Below, one piece after another: positions 52,685-62,950 of a stretch of DNA of 64,000 nucleotides. Each line of letters starts with the position of its first letter. Position 1 is the first letter of the stretch. The notes under the pieces are model-generated. The model ran no database searches and was not told where the DNA came from. It saw nothing but the letters and a program-made list of their open reading frames with translations. This stretch comes from a bacterium. GTDB taxonomy: Bacteria; Zhuqueibacterota; Zhuqueibacteria; Residuimicrobiales; Krinioviventaceae. The stretch is from positions 416,001-480,000 of the forward strand of contig CAXXFV010000016.1 of the NCBI GenBank assembly GCA_963674595.2. The letters are read 5' to 3'. Position numbers and translations under genes: made by a program.

Positions 52685-55600
52685 ATGATCAAGCCCGAAT
52701 TTGTGCACGTTATGAATTACAGGATAAACATCAAGATATTTTTATTTCTGGTTTATTTTTTCCCTGCTTTACAACTATCGGCAGGGTGGCCGACCTATAT
52801 GGCTGATAATCAACGCAGTGGTGTTTCTAAAGAAACAATACAGTTTCCATTGTTTGAAAAATGGACATTTTTACCGAAACATGCTCCTCAGCCGGCCTGG
52901 CCCGCTCCGGCCAATGCAGATCCCTGGCATAATCTTGAGTCCCTGTCGCATCGAACGGATTATGATGATGCCTTTTATGTAAGCTTTGGTCATTCCATAC
53001 TGTATTTTGCTTCCTCAGCCGATGATAAAGTTTATGCATTGTATATTAATTCCGGGAAAATAAAATGGGACTTTTTTACAAATGGTCCAATCCGTTTCAC
53101 ACCGGCTTTTTATAAAGATAAAATTTACTTTGGGTCAGATGACGGCCATGTCTATTGCCTTGATGCCGCATCCGGTGCGTTACTTTGGCAAAAAAAGGGG
53201 GGACCTGATACCCGTAAAGTACTCGGCAATGGACGCCTTATTTCAGCTTATCCGGTTCGAACCAGCGTTTTAGTACATCACGATACGGTTTATTTTTGTG
53301 CGGGAATTTTCCCCAATGAAGGGGCCTGGCTGTACGCATTAAATGCAAAAAACGGTCAGCAAATTTTTAGTGAAAAGATTAGCGATTTTTCTCCCCAGGG
53401 ATACCTGTCATTGTCAGGCTCTCAGCTTATTATACCAACAGGTCGTACTTCCCCGGTACAGTTTGATCTCGAAAATCAATGTTTTCACCTTGGTCCCAAA
53501 ACGCCGCGATCAGCAGGTGGTACGTTTACATTATCATCCGGCAAGATGATCGTAAACGGACCCGGAACCTGTCTTCGGGTCCTTGATAAAGATTCGCTGA
53601 CTGAAATAGCCAGATATGAAGGTAAAAGACTTTTAATGAGTGATTCGACGATTTATGTTTTACAGGACCAGAGATTGACGGCTTTTCACCTTTTGCGTTC
53701 ATTGAATTATTATGATAAAGTTATTTCTCTGGAAAAAAAGAACAAAATACTTTCCGATAAAGTGAAAAAACTCCGCAAAACCTTGGCTGATAACAGTAAC
53801 CACAAAAATGAAATTAACCTGGAAATTGAAAATATACTTTCTGAAATGGAATCGATCAAGCAGCAGATCGATCTGTTGTCTGATGACAGCCTTTTATGGA
53901 CAGTAAAATGTCCCAATGCCGAATGTCTAGTTCAAATTGGCGGATATTTATTTGTCGGCGGCAATAATATATTAACAGCTATTGATGCTGCAATCGGACA
54001 ACCTGTTTGGTCCGGGAATACGGAACACCATATTAAAGGATTGGCTTGTTCAAACGGAAATTTAATTGCCGGTTGTAAAGACGGAAGGCTTGTTTGTTTT
54101 TCTGAAAATGCCGGAAAGTACAAGCTGGTCCAGCAAAAAGGGAACAGTACCTATTCCTTTAATAATGTAAATAATCAATTGTTTAACGGTTTAATAAAAC
54201 AACTAAAACCGTTAAAAGGATATTGTGTTGTTACCGGATTTCAGGACCTTGATCTGCCGGTTTGGCTGGTAAGGAATACCGATTTTCAAACAGTCATTAT
54301 CGAAACAAATCCACAAAGACGGATGATGTGGAAACGGAAACTGGATGATCTGAATTATTTTGGTGTGAGAGCCGTCGTGCTGCCTGACACAAGTCTGGAT
54401 TCTTTTCCACAGGGATTTGCAAATCTGGTAATTGTCGGCAATTCTTTATCAGAACAAACGAATATAAATTCGATCACTGATATGACACGGCCTTTTGGCG
54501 GGACACTGATTGTACCGGAGAAAAAGTTGACATCAACTTTTGATTTTGTGAAACGAGATAAAGTTAAAATTGATAAGAATAACTTTTCAGTTTTTCAAAA
54601 AAAAGACCTTATAAATTCCGGCAGTTGGACCCACATGTATGCTGATCCTGCAAATACGGCCTGTAGCCGCGAAAATCGTTTGAATACAAATTTCAAGTTA
54701 CACTGGTTCGGAGCTCCCGGTCCGGAACCAATGATCGACAGGCATCATCGCCCTTTGCCTACACTGGTTACAAAAGGACGAATGTTTGTCCCCGGTGATA
54801 ATAAAATTATGGCCGTGGATGCTTTTAACGGCACATTGTGGTGGGAGCTTGATTTGATAAAGTCCCGCCGGTTGGCAGCTCCCCGGGACGCCGGTTTTAT
54901 GGCCTTGTCGGATAAAAATTTGTTCGTTGTTTCCGGAAATCAATGTTTTGTGCTGAACCAGTTTACCGGTCATGTTATGAAAACTTTTCCGGTACCCAAA
55001 TCTAAGGAAAATTATGACTGGGGATATGTTGCATCCATAAATAACCGGATTGTCGGCACTGCCCGCCTTCCGGAAGCACGTTATGCGGAAATCAGCAAAG
55101 CCGGTGATTACGAGATTCAGTGGGGCGATTTTAAACGAATGGTGACGAGTAAATATCTTTTTGCTATAGATGAAAATGACGATACCTGCAAATGGATTTA
55201 TGATGGCGGCATTATTATAAATCCTGCCATTGCTGCCAACGATTCCGTTATTTATTTTATTGAAAGCAGGAATCCGGATGCCTTTGCAGATCAAGACGGA
55301 TTGATCACGTTGGACGTTTTGTTGAAAAAAGGTTCAAGCTTTTTGGTGGCTTTGGCGTTGCAAAATGGGAAAAAAATGTGGGAACAAAAAATTGATCTTG
55401 CTGAGATTCAGCATATTGTTTATCTTTCCTATGCAAAGAACCGACTTTTTATTACCGGTTCTATGAATATAAAAGGCAAAGCGTGGTACTCTATATTTGC
55501 CCATGATGCCGAAACAGGCAGTTTGTTGTGGAAACAGGAACATTCCAATTACCGAGGCGGTATCGGCGGAGACCATGGAGAACAGATACATCATCCCGTT

Positions 55601-55948
55601 ATTATGGGTGATAAAATTGTTTCCGAACCCTGTATTTTTCGTTTGGAAACCGGTGAACGAATAGATCCGAAAGGCCGTTCACAGGACTGGGTCATGTCCT
55701 CGCGAGGCGGTTGCGGGACCATTTCCGGATGTGAGAATTTTATCTTTTATCGGGACGGCAATCCCGCTGTTTATGATTTCGATACCGACCAGAGACATCT
55801 CATTAATTTTGTCACCAGACCGGGCTGCTGGATAAATATTATCCCGGCCAGTGGAATGGTTTTAATACCGGAATCAAGTTCAGGATGTACCTGTTCCTAT
55901 TCTATACAAACATCTCTTGGATATATTGCAAATTTTGGTTTATATTAA
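52685..55948 (+). CDS. Secreted PQQ-like beta-propeller protein with degenerate methyltransferase-fold insert (paralog 1)
   Basis: Signal peptide, WPTYMADNQRSG, YFGSDDGHVYCLDA repeats, RPFGG, WTHMYADPANT, C-terminal RPGCWINIIP...PESSSGCTC. Confidence 0.8.
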   Translation: MIKPEFVHVMNYRINIKIFLFLVYFFPALQLSAGWPTYMADNQRSGVSKETIQFPLFEKWTFLPKHAPQPAWPAPANADPWHNLESLSHRTDYDDAFYVSFGHSILYFASSADDKVYALYINSGKIKWDFFTNGPIRFTPAFYKDKIYFGSDDGHVYCLDAASGALLWQKKGGPDTRKVLGNGRLISAYPVRTSVLVHHDTVYFCAGIFPNEGAWLYALNAKNGQQIFSEKISDFSPQGYLSLSGSQLIIPTGRTSPVQFDLENQCFHLGPKTPRSAGGTFTLSSGKMIVNGPGTCLRVLDKDSLTEIARYEGKRLLMSDSTIYVLQDQRLTAFHLLRSLNYYDKVISLEKKNKILSDKVKKLRKTLADNSNHKNEINLEIENILSEMESIKQQIDLLSDDSLLWTVKCPNAECLVQIGGYLFVGGNNILTAIDAAIGQPVWSGNTEHHIKGLACSNGNLIAGCKDGRLVCFSENAGKYKLVQQKGNSTYSFNNVNNQLFNGLIKQLKPLKGYCVVTGFQDLDLPVWLVRNTDFQTVIIETNPQRRMMWKRKLDDLNYFGVRAVVLPDTSLDSFPQGFANLVIVGNSLSEQTNINSITDMTRPFGGTLIVPEKKLTSTFDFVKRDKVKIDKNNFSVFQKKDLINSGSWTHMYADPANTACSRENRLNTNFKLHWFGAPGPEPMIDRHHRPLPTLVTKGRMFVPGDNKIMAVDAFNGTLWWELDLIKSRRLAAPRDAGFMALSDKNLFVVSGNQCFVLNQFTGHVMKTFPVPKSKENYDWGYVASINNRIVGTARLPEARYAEISKAGDYEIQWGDFKRMVTSKYLFAIDENDDTCKWIYDGGIIINPAIAANDSVIYFIESRNPDAFADQDGLITLDVLLKKGSSFLVALALQNGKKMWEQKIDLAEIQHIVYLSYAKNRLFITGSMNIKGKAWYSIFAHDAETGSLLWKQEHSNYRGGIGGDHGEQIHHPVIMGDKIVSEPCIFRLETGERIDPKGRSQDWVMSSRGGCGTISGCENFIFYRDGNPAVYDFDTDQRHLINFVTRPGCWINIIPASGMVLIPESSSGCTCSYSIQTSLGYIANFGLY

Positions 55949-55977
55949 TATGGATGTTTTTGAAAACGGAGGTTATT

Positions 55978-58900
55978 GTGATTGATAACATGAAAAACTA
56001 TTTTGAAAAGGTTGTGCGGCTGTCAGTCTTACTTTTTGTCTGCTTGACGGTTGGTTCCATATATGCCAATGATTGGCCGGAATATATGCACGATAAAGGC
56101 AGAAGCGGTATTGCGGACCAGAATATAACATTTCCGCTTTATCCGGAATGGCGATACACGGCACTCCAGTCTCCCAAACCGGCCTGGCCCGAACCGGCAA
56201 AAACCGACTATTGGCACCGTGAGGCCGATTTGCTGCCGCGTGTGATTTTTGACCGTGCCTTTCACACAATAACTGTTAATAATAATATCTATTTTGGCTC
56301 ATCAGCGGATGACAGAATTTATTGTCTGAATGCTGAAACAGGACAGGAAAAATGGTCATTTTTTACAGGTGCTCCTGTTCGGCTGTCCCCGGCTTTTTTT
56401 GACGGAAAAATTTATACCGGTTCTGATGACGGATATGTTTACTGCCTGAATGCTGATAACGGCAAACTGGTATGGAAATTTAACGGTGCGGAAAAAAGCA
56501 GACATTTACCGGGAAACGAACGGATCATTTCCATTATGCCGGTTCGCACCGGTGTTCTTTTGGATGCCGGAATTGCCTATTTTTGTGCCGGTTTGTTTCC
56601 CACAGAGGGTGTGGTATTGTATGCATTAAATGCGGATGACGGCTCCCTGGTATGGAAGCAAAATATAGAGGTGTCGCCCCAGGGTTATTTGTTGGCCTCA
56701 GAAGATGAACTGTATGTACCCACAGGACGGACCGCTCCGGTTGTTTTTGAAAAGAAAACCGGCAAATGGATCGGCGCTTTTAAAGGAAACGGCGGGACCT
56801 ATGCCACCTTGGATGATCAAACATTGATTTACGGCGGCGGTGACCTGGGTGATCTGGAAATTCGTGAACCAAACTCTAAAGATCAGTCAAGTTCTTTTAA
56901 AGGACAACAGATTATTGCCACAAAAGATGTTTTGTTTTTGCGTACACAATCAAAAATATCGGCTATTGACCGAAAAAATTACAACGAATCCTATAATAAA
57001 TGGAAAAAGTTGAATAGAAAACACAGTGACCATGCTGCAAATTTATGGGACTTGCGTGAACAACGCAAGATTGTCACTCCGGATAAAATTAAAGATATTG
57101 ATAGAAAAATTGATGATACAATTGATAAAATCGTAGCAATTGATAAAGAAATTAAGGCGGTGGAAAACACTGGTATTCTTTGGGAACGTTTTTTTGAAAA
57201 TACCTGTTCTATGATCCTGGCCGGAGATTATCTGGTAGCGGGCATGCAAAACAATATTACAGTTTTGGATCAGCGAAACGGTAATGATGTATGGACCGGT
57301 GAAGTTAATGGCATGCCTTATAGTTTAAATGCTGCCGAAGGAAAATTAATAATCAGTACGGATAACGGACATATTTATTCTTTTTCAAATGAAAATCAAA
57401 AAGCAAATATTGTTAAAAATTCATCTCAAAAGCCTTTTGGCCGTAATAGAACAATAAGCAATGCCGCCAAACACATTTTAGATGAAACCAAAATTCAAAA
57501 AGGATATTGCCTCATCCTGGATGGTACGAGTGGTCAATTGGGATATGAATTGATAAATAATTCCGATTTGAACGTATTATATCTTTGTAAAGATGATCAG
57601 CAGGTTGAAAATATTCGCAATAATATAATAAAATCAGGTTTGTATGGTCGCCGTTTGCATGCGATAAAAGCCTCTTTGGAAGAGCTGCCTTTTAGTGATT
57701 ATACGATCAACATTGTTACCAATGAGGCGGCATTGGAAGATGGTGTTTTGTTGACCTCGTGCGATGAAATTTTCAGAGTGCTTCGACCCTTTGGTGGAGC
57801 AGCGATGGTTGGCGTACCGAAAAAGCAAAAGGGAAATCTTTTAAAGATTATCCAATCTTCTGTAATGGATAATAACTGGGTTGTCTCTCAGAATAAAAAA
57901 TTTGTATGGGCCAAAATGAATCGTGGCGAATTGCCCGGTGCGGGAGAATGGACCCATCAATACGCTGATCCGCAAAATACTTCCTGTAGTCAGGACCAGC
58001 TTGAAGGTCCCATGCAAATTCAGTGGTTTGGCCGTCCGGGACCGCGTGACATTATCAACCGTCACAGCCGCCCCATGTCTCCTTTGTTTAAAGACGGACG
58101 ATTTTATGTAACCGGTAATGAAGTGGTTAAAGCTATCGATCCCTACAACGGCATACCCTTATGGGAAATTAAAGTACCTGATTCACGTGTGCTGGGTGCG
58201 CTTAAAGATCAGGGTCATATTGTGGTTCGGGATGATTATCTTTATATTGCTGTGGAAAATGAATGCCGTGCCGTTGCTGTGGAAAATGGGAATGTTGAAT
58301 TTGTCCTTAAAGCGCCGCAGCTTGTTACCGGCGAAAAACGTAAATGGGGTTATTTGTCGAGTGTCGGCAACCAGTTGTTTGGTACCGGAAAAATGGAAAA
58401 TGCCAGTTTTACAATTCAGGCCCGATTGAACTGTAATGATTTTGAAGGTGATTATCGTGAAATGGTGCTTGGAGATTATTTGTTTTCTATGGATCGGTCT
58501 ACGGGCGATGTTTTATGGACCTATAAAAACGGTGTGGTTTTTCACAACACTATTACAATTGGTGATGGTGATATTTATTTTGTCGAAAGCCGAAATCCAA
58601 AAGCTGTTAACGATCCTGATGGCCGGCTTCGAATAGATACTTTTTGTGACAGTGATACCTATATTATTCGTTTGAACGGCAAAACCGGAGAAAAAATTTG
58701 GGAAAAACCGTTCAAATTCCCCTATTCACAAATTATGTATATGGCTTTTGCCGATAATACCGTGTATGTTACCGGCTCTTATAATTCCGGGAAATTTATG
58801 TATTATGCCCTGTATGCATTTCAATCGGAAAGTGGTGATAAGAAATGGGAAAATTCCTATAGGGGCGGTGACAGCAGGTGGAATAATAAAACAGATAAAA

Positions 58901-59277
58901 GTAATCTTGGCGGAGAACATGGTGAACAATGGCAGCATCCGGTGATTTTGGCGGACAAGCTCATTTTACCACCCTATGATTTTGATTTACAAACCGGAAA
59001 ACGTGGTCAGTATTATTTGAACCGGGGCGGTGGCGGATGCGGCGGTTTATCCGGGTCAGCCCATTATTTATATGCCCGTGGCAGCAATCCACGAATGTAC
59101 AGTATTCATGATGGACTGGAAACCGGAACGCCTTTAACAAAAGTAAATCGTCCCGGCTGCTGGATAAATACTATACCGGCCGGAGGTATCGTTACATTAC
59201 CGGAATCCAGTTCCGGGTGTACTTGTGATTATTCGATACAAACTTCCTTTGCATTTATACCTGCAAAGAATAATTAA
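55978..59277 (+). CDS. Secreted PQQ-like beta-propeller protein with methyltransferase-fold insert (paralog 2)
   Basis: GGAGG RBS before GTG 55978 (or ATG 55990); WPEYMHDKGRSG; LPFSDYTINIV...EIFRVLRPFGG; RPGCWINTIP...PESSSGCTC. Confidence 0.82.
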   Translation: MIDNMKNYFEKVVRLSVLLFVCLTVGSIYANDWPEYMHDKGRSGIADQNITFPLYPEWRYTALQSPKPAWPEPAKTDYWHREADLLPRVIFDRAFHTITVNNNIYFGSSADDRIYCLNAETGQEKWSFFTGAPVRLSPAFFDGKIYTGSDDGYVYCLNADNGKLVWKFNGAEKSRHLPGNERIISIMPVRTGVLLDAGIAYFCAGLFPTEGVVLYALNADDGSLVWKQNIEVSPQGYLLASEDELYVPTGRTAPVVFEKKTGKWIGAFKGNGGTYATLDDQTLIYGGGDLGDLEIREPNSKDQSSSFKGQQIIATKDVLFLRTQSKISAIDRKNYNESYNKWKKLNRKHSDHAANLWDLREQRKIVTPDKIKDIDRKIDDTIDKIVAIDKEIKAVENTGILWERFFENTCSMILAGDYLVAGMQNNITVLDQRNGNDVWTGEVNGMPYSLNAAEGKLIISTDNGHIYSFSNENQKANIVKNSSQKPFGRNRTISNAAKHILDETKIQKGYCLILDGTSGQLGYELINNSDLNVLYLCKDDQQVENIRNNIIKSGLYGRRLHAIKASLEELPFSDYTINIVTNEAALEDGVLLTSCDEIFRVLRPFGGAAMVGVPKKQKGNLLKIIQSSVMDNNWVVSQNKKFVWAKMNRGELPGAGEWTHQYADPQNTSCSQDQLEGPMQIQWFGRPGPRDIINRHSRPMSPLFKDGRFYVTGNEVVKAIDPYNGIPLWEIKVPDSRVLGALKDQGHIVVRDDYLYIAVENECRAVAVENGNVEFVLKAPQLVTGEKRKWGYLSSVGNQLFGTGKMENASFTIQARLNCNDFEGDYREMVLGDYLFSMDRSTGDVLWTYKNGVVFHNTITIGDGDIYFVESRNPKAVNDPDGRLRIDTFCDSDTYIIRLNGKTGEKIWEKPFKFPYSQIMYMAFADNTVYVTGSYNSGKFMYYALYAFQSESGDKKWENSYRGGDSRWNNKTDKSNLGGEHGEQWQHPVILADKLILPPYDFDLQTGKRGQYYLNRGGGGCGGLSGSAHYLYARGSNPRMYSIHDGLETGTPLTKVNRPGCWINTIPAGGIVTLPESSSGCTCDYSIQTSFAFIPAKNN

Positions 59278-59282
59278 ATGTT

Positions 59283-60389
59283 ATGAAAAAATTATTATTA
59301 ATATTCTTTTTTCTATTAACAAATTTTAACGCTCTTTTGGCGTGCCGGTATACGGTACGGGAAATCGGCTACTCTGATTTGGATACTCCGAATTTTACGC
59401 TTGTTCTTGTACCGTCCGATGATGATTCTGCTCAAATTCGTACTTTTAACAGAATATCCTATGCCGCTTTGTTGAATTCGAATATTCAAAATGCCGCAGT
59501 GGGACCGGAATTTGATGCAGATCCTGTTCTGCAGACCGAGATCGATAAAAAAGTCCGGCAAAAAGCCGGGCCTTTTTTGTTGTTAAAAGACGAACGGACC
59601 AAAAAAATGTTTTTTTGGCCTTTGGATAAAAACGATTTCAAGGAATCACTGTGGACGGCCCTTGAATTTATGGTGATCTCTAAGGTCCGTGAAGATTTGT
59701 TTTTTCGCCTGGCACGTTCATTTGCTGTGGTTATGTTGGTTGATGGGAAAAACGAATCCCAAAATCAGGAATACAGAAACCGTATTAAATCCGTTATCCG
59801 AGATATAAATACTTCGTTACAGGATATGGCAAAACCGGTTAGCGAACCGGCAGCCTTTATGGAGCTCGATTTTCAGCAAAGACAGGCGGAAACCCTGCTG
59901 CTTTGGAGCCTTGGATTGGATGAATCGGCTGAAGACCAGGCTTCAGTTGTAATTTTTTACGGCAGAGGGCGTATGATGGGGCCTGCATTGGTTGGAGGAC
60001 TGACTGAAGAAATGCTGTACAATCGGCTTTCTATAGTCGGCGCTGATTGCGAGTGCGGATTGGAACGTACCTGGATACTTGGACGAATGATCCCTTTGCG
60101 ATGGGAAAGCCAGTGGCAAGATGAAATTACATCACGGCTTGGTTTTGATGTTGAAAATCCTGTTGTCAAAAATGAAATGCAGCGAATCATTTCTTTTCCG
60201 CAAAATAACATCGTTCAGAATAAGACACGGTCTTACGACATAAATAACGACATAAATCAACAGGAAGGTTCGGAAAATTCAAACAAACCCCTCTTTCGCA
60301 AGATTATTTTAATTATCATTATATTTTGTATAATTTTATTTTTACTGGGAATTACTGTTTATATCATAGCAAAAAGGAACAGAAATTGA
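59283..60389 (+). CDS. Hypothetical exported, C-terminally membrane-anchored protein
   Basis: Signal peptide ending LLA-CRY; FYGRGR, ADCECG; C-terminal TM followed by KRNRN. Confidence 0.7.
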   Translation: MKKLLLIFFFLLTNFNALLACRYTVREIGYSDLDTPNFTLVLVPSDDDSAQIRTFNRISYAALLNSNIQNAAVGPEFDADPVLQTEIDKKVRQKAGPFLLLKDERTKKMFFWPLDKNDFKESLWTALEFMVISKVREDLFFRLARSFAVVMLVDGKNESQNQEYRNRIKSVIRDINTSLQDMAKPVSEPAAFMELDFQQRQAETLLLWSLGLDESAEDQASVVIFYGRGRMMGPALVGGLTEEMLYNRLSIVGADCECGLERTWILGRMIPLRWESQWQDEITSRLGFDVENPVVKNEMQRIISFPQNNIVQNKTRSYDINNDINQQEGSENSNKPLFRKIILIIIIFCIILFLLGITVYIIAKRNRN

Positions 60390-60397
60390 TTTTTTTT

Positions 60398-61531
60398 ATG
60401 GTATTTAAAGAATTGTTTCACAGGTGGATTAATACTGTTCTGGCTGTTTTGGGAATTGTTATGGCGGTTGCCTTTTTTATCGCTTTTTTTACTCTAAACA
60501 ATGCATCAAAACGTGAAACCATCAGACTGACCCGTGATATGGGTTTTAACCTTAGGATAATACCAAAATCTACAGATATGGATGCTTTTTGGACGTCCGG
60601 ATTTTCCGAGCAAACCATGCCGGAAGAATTTGTTGCCAGGTTTATGTCTTATAAAGATTTTTCCTATGCTCATTTAACCGCGACATTGCATAAAAAAATT
60701 GAATGGAACGGACGAAACATCATATTAACCGGCATCTCTTCGGAACTGGAGCCATCCGGAAGAAACAAAAGCCCGATGAGTCCTGTTATCAAAAAAAACT
60801 CGGCGATTGTTGGCTGGGACCTGGCTCACACATTTCAATTAAAAAAAGGGGATTCGCTGAATATCGGCAATCGGAAATTTTTTATTTCTCAAACGCTCAG
60901 CGAAACAGGCAGTTCGGATGATATAAGAATTTACCTGCAGCTCAAAGATGTTCAGGAAATTGCCCAGTTACCAGGTCAAATCAATGAAATTATGGCACTC
61001 AATTGTCTATGCATGGTCGATGAAGACGATGATCCGTTGGTTGTTTTACGTCGGCAATTGGATAAAGTCCTACCGGATGCCAAAGTCATTATGAACAAAA
61101 CCATAGCCCATGCACGTGAAAAACAACGCCTGATGATGGAGCGATATGCGGCGTTTGCCATGCCCTTTGTTATGGTTGTTTGCGCTGTCTGGATTGGGGT
61201 GTTGTTTATGCTCAATGTTCGCGAACGCAAAACAGAAATCGGTGTTTTACATGCTGTGGGATTCAGCGGATTCAAGGTTTTTTTACTATTTGCAGTAAGG
61301 GCCGTCCTCATTGGTATCATAGGAGCGATTTTGGGATTTTTAGCCGGCAATGTTTTGGCAATGGAATATGGCCCTGATATTTTTCGGGTTACAGCCAAAG
61401 CCATTCATATAGATTATCAGTTTTTATTCATCTCTTTAATTGCAGCGCCGTTGTTTGCAGTTGTTGCCGGTTTTATTCCGGCCATGGTTGCGCTTTCACA
61501 GGACCCGGCTGATATTTTGAGGGAGGAATAG
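60398..61531 (+). CDS. FtsX/MacB-like ABC transporter permease
   Basis: TM1, large periplasmic domain, NVRERKTEIGVLHAVGF, three C-terminal TMs, DPADILREE. Confidence 0.9.
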   Translation: MVFKELFHRWINTVLAVLGIVMAVAFFIAFFTLNNASKRETIRLTRDMGFNLRIIPKSTDMDAFWTSGFSEQTMPEEFVARFMSYKDFSYAHLTATLHKKIEWNGRNIILTGISSELEPSGRNKSPMSPVIKKNSAIVGWDLAHTFQLKKGDSLNIGNRKFFISQTLSETGSSDDIRIYLQLKDVQEIAQLPGQINEIMALNCLCMVDEDDDPLVVLRRQLDKVLPDAKVIMNKTIAHAREKQRLMMERYAAFAMPFVMVVCAVWIGVLFMLNVRERKTEIGVLHAVGFSGFKVFLLFAVRAVLIGIIGAILGFLAGNVLAMEYGPDIFRVTAKAIHIDYQFLFISLIAAPLFAVVAGFIPAMVALSQDPADILREE

Positions 61532-61533
61532 AC

Positions 61534-62181
61534 ATGGTAAAAATTGAGAATCTGACGCAAGTTTATCGTAAAGGCCGCAGCAGCGTATCAGCGCTTAGCG
61601 ATGTACAGTTTCAGGCAAAATCAGGAGAATTTGTTGTTGTTCGTGGGGCAAGCGGCAGCGGTAAAACCACATTATTACTGGCAATTGGTGCCATGATGCA
61701 GCCCTCTCAGGGTGTTGTTACGATAAACAATGTCGATATATACCAGATGAATAATGCCGAAAGAACCCGTTTTCGGGCAAAGAATATCGGATTTGTGTTT
61801 CAAATGTTTCATTTAATTCCTTACCTTAATGTTCGGGATAATATTTGTTTATCTATGCACGGTCATAAAAATGACAAGCTTGAAGAGTTGGTCTGTTCAC
61901 TGGGATTGTCAAGCCGAATAACCCACCGGCCGGCGGAACTGAGTGCTGGTGAGCGGCAGCGTGTTGCCCTGGCCCGGGCCATGGTACATTCTCCCAATAT
62001 AATTTTGGCTGACGAACCAACCGGCAACCTGGACAGCGAAAACGCCTCGATTGTTTATGAGACACTGGCAGAATATCGAAATTCCGGGAAAACAGTGATA
62101 GTTGTAACACATGGGACCATGGCAAATGACTTTGCAGACCGGATTTTGGTGTTAAATGAGGGCAGGCTTGAATCTTTATAG
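61534..62181 (+). CDS. ABC transporter ATP-binding protein (LolD/MacB-like)
   Basis: [28 protein letters not shown]. Confidence 0.95.
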   Translation: MVKIENLTQVYRKGRSSVSALSDVQFQAKSGEFVVVRGASGSGKTTLLLAIGAMMQPSQGVVTINNVDIYQMNNAERTRFRAKNIGFVFQMFHLIPYLNVRDNICLSMHGHKNDKLEELVCSLGLSSRITHRPAELSAGERQRVALARAMVHSPNIILADEPTGNLDSENASIVYETLAEYRNSGKTVIVVTHGTMANDFADRILVLNEGRLESL

Positions 62182-62190
62182 GAGGGCAAA

Positions 62191-62511
62191 ATGAAAAATA
62201 TATCCTTTTGCGGATTGGATTGTCGAATGTGTGAAGCCTATTCTGCTACCATGGACAATGATTTACAAAAAATTGTTGTGCTGTCAAAAAAGTGGTCAAA
62301 CGGTAATTTTGAATTTAAACCTCAGGATATCTGGTGCGAAGGTTGTCATCAGGACGGTACCCGTCTTTTCAAGTGGTGCAGAGAATGTCCCATGCGTCAA
62401 TGTGGTATTGAAAAAAACATCGAATCCTGTGCCCAATGTGCTGATTTTCCCTGTGAAATTATTAACAATGCCCCGCCGGAGGTGAAAACGAGATTAACAA
62501 GTTTGTTATAA
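62191..62511 (+). CDS. DUF3795 family Cys-rich protein
   Basis: CGLDCRMC, CEGC, CRECPMRQC, CAQCADFPC. Confidence 0.8.
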   Translation: MKNISFCGLDCRMCEAYSATMDNDLQKIVVLSKKWSNGNFEFKPQDIWCEGCHQDGTRLFKWCRECPMRQCGIEKNIESCAQCADFPCEIINNAPPEVKTRLTSLL

Positions 62512-62580
62512 GCTGAGATTTATTTTTTAAATAAATGTAAATTTTTTAGGCAAAAATGATGTTTTTATATGGAGGAAAAA

Positions 62581-62787
62581 ATGGAAGACGATAAAAAACA
62601 GTTCACTATAGAAATTCGTAAAAACGGTTCGTTATTGGTTAAAGGACTGGAAAAATTGGTTAATTCAAAAGGTGAAGAAATTGAAATAAAAGATCAGATT
62701 TCTTTATGCCGTTGTGGTCATTCGGCCAACAAACCATTTTGTGATGGCAGTCATCGTAGAGTTAATTTCGTTGATGAGGACAATTAA
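62581..62787 (+). CDS. CDGSH iron-sulfur domain protein
   Basis: LCRCGHSANKPFCDGSH; GGAGG RBS. Confidence 0.9.
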   Translation: MEDDKKQFTIEIRKNGSLLVKGLEKLVNSKGEEIEIKDQISLCRCGHSANKPFCDGSHRRVNFVDEDN

Positions 62788-62950
62788 TATCCGTCAAGTG
62801 GTTCCTGCCGATAAATGAAGAAAAGTAATTTTGCAAATGCTTAAAATTCAATTTCTGGTTATGAATTTGGCAAAAAATATTGCGGATATTTAACTATTTT
62901 ACTATACTAGTAAAAATTAATCTCAAATTTTTAGTATTTGAGGTAAAAAT

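Noticed and set aside
55880-62787. Selenocysteine recoding in the Cys-motif proteins
   Set aside because: The motifs use TGT/TGC codons; no in-frame TGA is needed to complete these genes
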